Shown: piece after piece, positions 58,275-64,000 of the stretch
Position numbering within the stretch: the first letter of the stretch is position 1
Layout of the letters: each line of letters starts with the position of its first letter
NCBI GenBank assembly: GCA_964016885.1
Contig: OZ024742.1
Coordinates: forward strand, 228,222,001 to 228,286,000
DNA length: 64,000 nt
Direction of reading: 5' to 3'
Origin: Eledone cirrhosa
Lineage: Eukaryota
Notes under the pieces: generated by a model
What the model was told of the DNA's origin: nothing
Seen by the model: only the letters and a program-made list of their open reading frames with translations
The model's database searches: none
Made by a program: the position numbers and the translations under genes

Positions 58275-59050
58275 TATTTCTTTATTTGCCACAAGGGCGC
58301 AAAAAGATGGGGACAAATACAGAGTGGGGTGTTTACATACAAGCGTGTAAAAAATAGAATTAATAACAAATAACAATTAACAATTGAAATCCCCAATAGG
58401 GGGGAGGCGTTACATATGGGTTGTACACACCCCGAAAAAATGTACAACCCTCATCTCCAGGAGCACAAAGAGTGAGCGCTCCTTTCCTCTCTTCCTCTTT
58501 TTCCTCAACCTACAGGTTTATATAGAGAGAAGGCCCAACCACTCGGGCCATTCTTGCCACATTCACCTACCTTTTCGGAAAGTTTGCTGGGGTGCAGCAC
58601 CTCTCTCTCCACTCTGATTCTTCTTCTAAAGTGATATTTGAAGAAGCGAACCAGTTGTTCGCTGGAGAGAAAGGTGTCTGACCTTAGCCCTTTCAGCCTC
58701 ATCCACTATATAACCTCTTTCACCATAGCCATTACACAGAGGAAAACCTCCTCTCCTTTGTTTTTGAAGGAGGGTGGCGGTTTGATCGTAATAATGGACT
58801 CGATGGTCAACTGGATTTGTCCCACCTGCGACAGTAGCCGTTCTGTGTAGCTCTACAGGTCGGTAACGTCCGGGCAGTGTACGAATGCGTGCGCGACGGT
58901 TTCCTCGTCTCGCACGCATCTCGGACAGATCTTTTTCGAGGGATCCCTGCCCGCGCGTCCGTGTCTGTAGAGCTTGTCTCGAACGGGTAGAGCTCCTCGG
59001 TAGCACTGCCAGGACAGGGACTTTTGGAAGTTGTCCATCGGTCCCGGGCG
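58275..59050 (-). mobile_element. Tx1/L1-clade LINE 3' fragment
   Basis: WQCYRGALPVRDKL...CPRCVRDEETVAHAFVHC (zf-RVT CCHC); same family as 6050-6707. Confidence 0.8.
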
Positions 59051-59054
59051 GAAG

Positions 59055-62000
59055 GTCCTACCGAACCACGTTGTCTGCGCAGAAGAAATTCCAGACACTC
59101 GTCAATGACGAACATTTGGGTGATCGGACGCCCACACAGCTTCTGCGTCGCATGAGAGAGCTGGCGGAAGACGCCTCAACTGACAGCGCCCTCCTTAAAC
59201 AGCTTTTCTTTTCAAGGCTGCCGCCCGGTGTTCAGGCGATGTTAGCGCCTACGATGGAGAGACTACCACAGGCGACCAGCTAGCGGCTTCGGCCGACAAA
59301 ATTATAAGTTTCACTGGAAACCCTGCCTCCTATGTTGCACCTCAGCCACCGGCTGCGGTCTCTTCGTTCTCTCGAGCGGCTGCCGTCCACACCGATCAGT
59401 CGCTCGCGTCGGTGGCAATTCTTCAAGCCATAGAGCAACTCACCAAAGAGGTGAGAAAATTGAGTACCTCCAGGGCTCATTCGCCCAGACGTTGCTTTCA
59501 GAGCCGTTCGCCCTCGCCACTCAGCCGCCCCACAAGTAGGCCAGAACTGTGCTACTACCACAGCCGTTTTGGCGCGGCAGCACACGCTTGTAAACAACCG
59601 TGTTCATTTTCCAACCAGGGAAACGGATTTCAGGAGACCTGAGCACGGCACAGTCTCCTTTGACGCTCCCAAATAATCGTGCGTTCTTTATAACAGACAC
59701 GGATTCCCAAGCACGTCGTTTGGTTGACACTGGCGCAGCTTGCAGCATATGGCTGTTAAAACTTCTCAAAGAGAAGCCGCCACTTTCACCCATCTCGCTG
59801 CAAGCTGTAAATCATTCACCTATCCCCACGTACGGTCAAATTTCTCGTTCTTTGAACCTGAAATTGCGCAGAGACTTCACGTGGATTTTCACTGTCGCCG
59901 ATCTGCTTACCCTATTCTAGGCTCGGATTTCCTGCACCACTATAACCAGTTAGTAGTGGATATGTGCAGACGACGCTTGTCTATAAAGACGTACGGGCAA
60001 ATCTCGCTTCCTCTCAAATTCCTAAATCTTCGTAGGGATTTTAAGTGGATTTTTACGGTTGGCGATTTGTCATATCCCATCTTAGGAGCGGATTTCCTAC
60101 ACAACTTCTCTTTGACTGTGGACGTCCGTGGCCAACGCCTGGTGGATAACATCACCGGTTTTTCAATTCATGGGCAGGAAGCCAATGCTCCAATAGTCAG
60201 CCCCATGTTCTTCGTCGCTGCCGCTGGAGACGCCTACCATTCGTTGCTGGGTTCTTTCCTGGAGCTCACGGATGGAAATTTTCGAGTCACTGAGTCAACA
60301 CACTCGACCGAACATTTCGTTTCCACCACCGGTGCTCCAGTGTTTTCGCGTCCACGCCGCTTACCGGCGGAAAAATTAAAGGCAGCACGGTCCGAGTTCG
60401 ACCATATGCTGCAGCTGGGCATTATTCGCCCATCTACGAGTCCTTGGCTTCACCGTTACACATGGTTCCCAAGACTTCCGGCGACTGGAGACCCACTGGG
60501 GATTATAGGAGGTTAAATGCCATGACCGTCCCGGATAGGTATCCCATTCCCCATCTCCAGGATTTCGCATCTTCACTGCAGGGGTGTAAGATTTTTTTAA
60601 AGCTAGATTTAGTGCGAGCCTACCACCAAATTCCGGTCAGGAAGGAAGATATTCCGAAAACGGCGATTACAACCCCTTTCGGATCCTTCGAATTTTTGAC
60701 CATGCCTTTCGGACTCAGGAACGCCGCTAGCACTTTTCAGCGGTTGATTGACAAGGTCACTCGTGGTCTGGACTTCGTTTATGCTTACATAGATGATATT
60801 CTCGTCGCTAGTTCCTATCCGGAAGAGCATATGCGCCACATGCATCTCTTATTTCGGCTACTTCAGGATTACCGCGTTCGTGTGAATCCAGCAAAGTGTG
60901 TTTTCGGTTCCACTTCCCTAAATTTTTTAGGCCACCACATCGACGCCGAAGGTATTAGGCCGCTCCCTCAGCAAGTTCAAGCCATACAGGAGTTACCTCC
61001 GCCTACTACACTTCACCAGTTGCGTCACTTCTTAGGCCTAATCAATTTCTATAGGCGTTTCGTTCCTCATTGTGCTAATTTGCTATCTTCCCTTACTGAC
61101 ATTTTAAAAAATCGTCGTAAGAAGAATGAGGATATTTCCTTGACACAAGGACAGCTTCAAGACTTTCAGACTGCCAAGACAGCACTCGCTAGTTCATCTT
61201 TGCTAGCCCACCCGGTACCAGAGGCCAAGCTTTCGCTTTGTGTTGATGCATCTGATACCGCTGTGGGAGCAGTTTTACAGCAGTTCTACGCTGGAAACCA
61301 ACAACCTTTGGCATTTTTCTCGAGGAAGCTGAAACCAGCAGAAACGCGTTATAGCACGTTTGGGCGGGAATTATTAGCCATATATCTGTCGGTGAAACAT
61401 TTCTCTCATATTCTTGATTTGAGAAATTTTACAGTTTTAACCGACCACAAACCGTTGACCTTCGCTATGAGGGCTAAAGCCGACAGATATTCGCCCAGAG
61501 ATACAAGGCACCTGGACTACGTTTCACAATTTACAAACGATATCCAGCACATTGCTGGCTCGCATAACATAGCTGCAGACGCATTGTCACATTTGCCAAT
61601 CAGCTCCATCTCGTCATCCCAGTAGATCGACTTAGGTCGTTTAGCTACAGACCAACCTGCACTCCAATCGTTGGACACTCTTTCTGCTGAATTTGCGACT
61701 TGCATTTTCAAATATCTGCCCTTGTCCACCACCGACAGGCAGATTCTATGTGATGTATCTACGGATTCACCACGACCACTTGTTCCTGAGACTCACCGTC
61801 AAATTGTGTTCCTGGCTTTGCACAACATTTCTCACCCAGGATCTGCTGTCACAGTAAAGCTCATAACAGCCAGATTCTTCTGGCCAAATATGAGGCGCGA
61901 CATTGCTGCTTGGTGCCGTTCCTGCATCGCTTGCCAGAAATCGAAAATCCATAGACACATCCGGGCTCCACTTGTTACTTTCAGTACTCCTGATGCTCGG

Positions 62001-62930
62001 TTTCAGCACATACACATTGACCTCGTTGGACCTTGGCCATTCAGCAGTGGATATTCATACATATTGACGTGTGTCGATCGTTTTTCGCGATGGCCTGAAG
62101 CCATCCCCTTACAAGACATGACTGCTGAGACTGTAGCACGTGCCCTGGTATCAGGGTGGATTACCCGCTTTGAGGTACCAACTACAGTCACCACAGACCG
62201 TGGTAGACAATTCGAGTCCCATCTCTTCTCTGAGCTCACAAAGATAATTGGAGCTCAACGGATTCGGACCACAGCCTATCATCCTGCTTCAAACGGAATG
62301 GTGGAACGATTCCACCGCCAATTAAAGGCCGCTCTTCGCGCCTATCCAGGCTCTCAACGTTGGAGCGAGTACCTTCCTATTGTGTTGTTAGGAATTCGGT
62401 CATCAATAAAGGAGGACCTGGGGTTCTCCTCGGCCGAATTACTTTACGGTGCTCCTCTAGTGTTGCCTGGGAAAATGCTTGCCCCTGTTGATCTTGCTTT
62501 CCAAGATCCGCTTTCCTACGTATCCCGTCTGCGTTCTTATTTTCAGGACCTGCCGCCGATGGATACGAGGAAACAAACTGTAAAACCTGCGGTCCCGAGG
62601 GATATTGCCTCGTGGACCCATGTGTTCGTAAGGAACGATGCTGTGAGACCACCCCACACACAACCCTACTCTGGATCCTACCGTGTGTTAGCACGTACTG
62701 ACAAACATTTCACTGTAGACGTTAAGGGGTCCAAAGAGACAATTTAGGTGGATAGACTAAAAAAGAGCACACAATGACGCTCATACACCCGAACCACAAA
62801 TACCCCAATCTTTCTCTCTTGTGCATACACCTGCTCCTTCTGCCCCACCTTCACCTACATACAAGACCACGACCCGTTCCGGTCGGAGAGTCCACTGGCC
62901 CAAAAAGTTCTGCCAAACTGTTTTCATGTG
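59055..62930 (+). mobile_element. Degenerate Gypsy LTR retrotransposon internal region (CsRn1-like gag-PR-RT-RH-IN); no LTRs seen
   Basis: Gag LGDRTPTQLLRRM and CYYHSRFG...CKQPC; PR LVDTGA; [13 protein letters not shown]; RH VDASD...RELLAIY; [28 protein letters not shown]. Several frameshifts and stops. Confidence 0.95.
59618..59659 (+). other. Programmed -1 ribosomal frameshift signal (gag-pol)
   Basis: G GGA AAC is in gag phase and pol is in the -1 frame. A 7-nt spacer precedes the stem AGGAGAC/GTCTCCT. Confidence 0.75.
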
Positions 62931-64000
62931 AACTGGCCACTGGAGCCTTATTTTTTTTGTTGTTATTTTTATTTATTTATTTATTGTATTACTATGTACC
63001 TCTCATTACAATTTCACTGGATGTATATATATATGTTTTTCGTTTCTTCTTACAACGAACATTTTTTTTTAAAAAAATGAACACTTATTTTCGCTGAATC
63101 TCAACTATTGCTTATTCTTTCCGCCAAGCATTTTTCATCGTTCACAAAAAAGTTGAACTCGCCATATTTGTTATACCAAGTGAAGCCTTTCTTTCTGTTT
63201 CATCATATTATCACGTTCACACACGAGTTTTTCAAAATGGCTGCCAACAACCTTGTTTAGGCGCGTGTCGGCAGCACACATCTCGACTCACTGAGATACC
63301 ACATGGTTTCTTGCCAAGGATTCTCCAGCCTTAAGCTATATTCTCCTATTTGCCGGTTTAAAAATTTACCACGTAAATTTGCCGTTGAAAACTGCGCATT
63401 TATTCAGAATGCTTATTTCTTTGGTCGCTGGCCTCTTGACCCTTCCAGGTCAACGCATTCTCAACATCGACCATCAACTTTTGCTGTTATTTCTAGCACT
63501 TTGCGCAACTCATTTTTTCTGGGAAAATTTTTACTGTGAATTTAAACATCGAATACGCTCACTCCGCGAGACAACAACATCAACAACAACAACACAGCTT
63601 CATCAACAACCAAAACCAGCAGAACAAGCCAGAGAATTTATTTTTGCAGCACTCTTCCTGTGAGAAAATCCCTTCGGAGGTTGGAAATTTCACGTTATAC
63701 CACAGACCAGAAACCACCTGCATTCATTCTCTGGAACACACTTTCTTTCCTGCTGTCATGTGATTGCACACCTGTGAACTGTATTTGGAACATTTGAACT
63801 TTGACCTCTTCTTTTACTTTGATTACATTGTATCTTTGAGTGATGGATAGATAGTTCTCTGGCCAAGAGCGGTTGGATACCTTGATATCTATCATTAATT
63901 TTTGCATGCATATATTTTGCTGTTTTCCTTTTATTGCAAAGATTATTTTTTTCGTAATTTTCATGCCTCTTACATGCTCGCCATCTTACTCCATACATGT

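Noticed and set aside
62930-64000. Gypsy 3' LTR or a further coding region
   Set aside because: No clear polypurine tract or TG...CA LTR, and no recognisable protein motifs in the short ORFs.

Overview
Eukaryotic, very AT-rich, repeat-dense window. The C2H2 zinc-finger gene cluster, RTE LINEs with (GAT)n tails, Meta/CORE-type SINEs and huge (TA)n arrays suggest a cephalopod (octopus-like) genome; this is an inference. Host genes: two intact paralogous single-coding-exon C2H2 ZNF genes (13163-14680, 15 canonical fingers; 49824-51173, 13 fingers), the 3' end of a third (2-352) and a ZNF pseudogene fragment (~17125-17453). The rest is transposon debris: many RTE LINEs, Tx1/L1-like fragments, Helitrons, SINEs, a degenerate CsRn1-like Gypsy element and a rearranged Penelope-like element (PLE). 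The main unannotated signal is in the ~30 kb (TA)n-rich block at 17.5-48 kb. There I read 13 type I hammerhead ribozyme motifs by eye, from about six sequence families. Each sits in a short element embedded in or abutting (TA)n DNA, several show stem covariation or multi-branched stem II, and several lie in outward-facing palindromes with a one-sided 'tail'. One 200-N gap and a probable assembly duplication are present. All alignments and folds were done by eye; most element boundaries are approximate.
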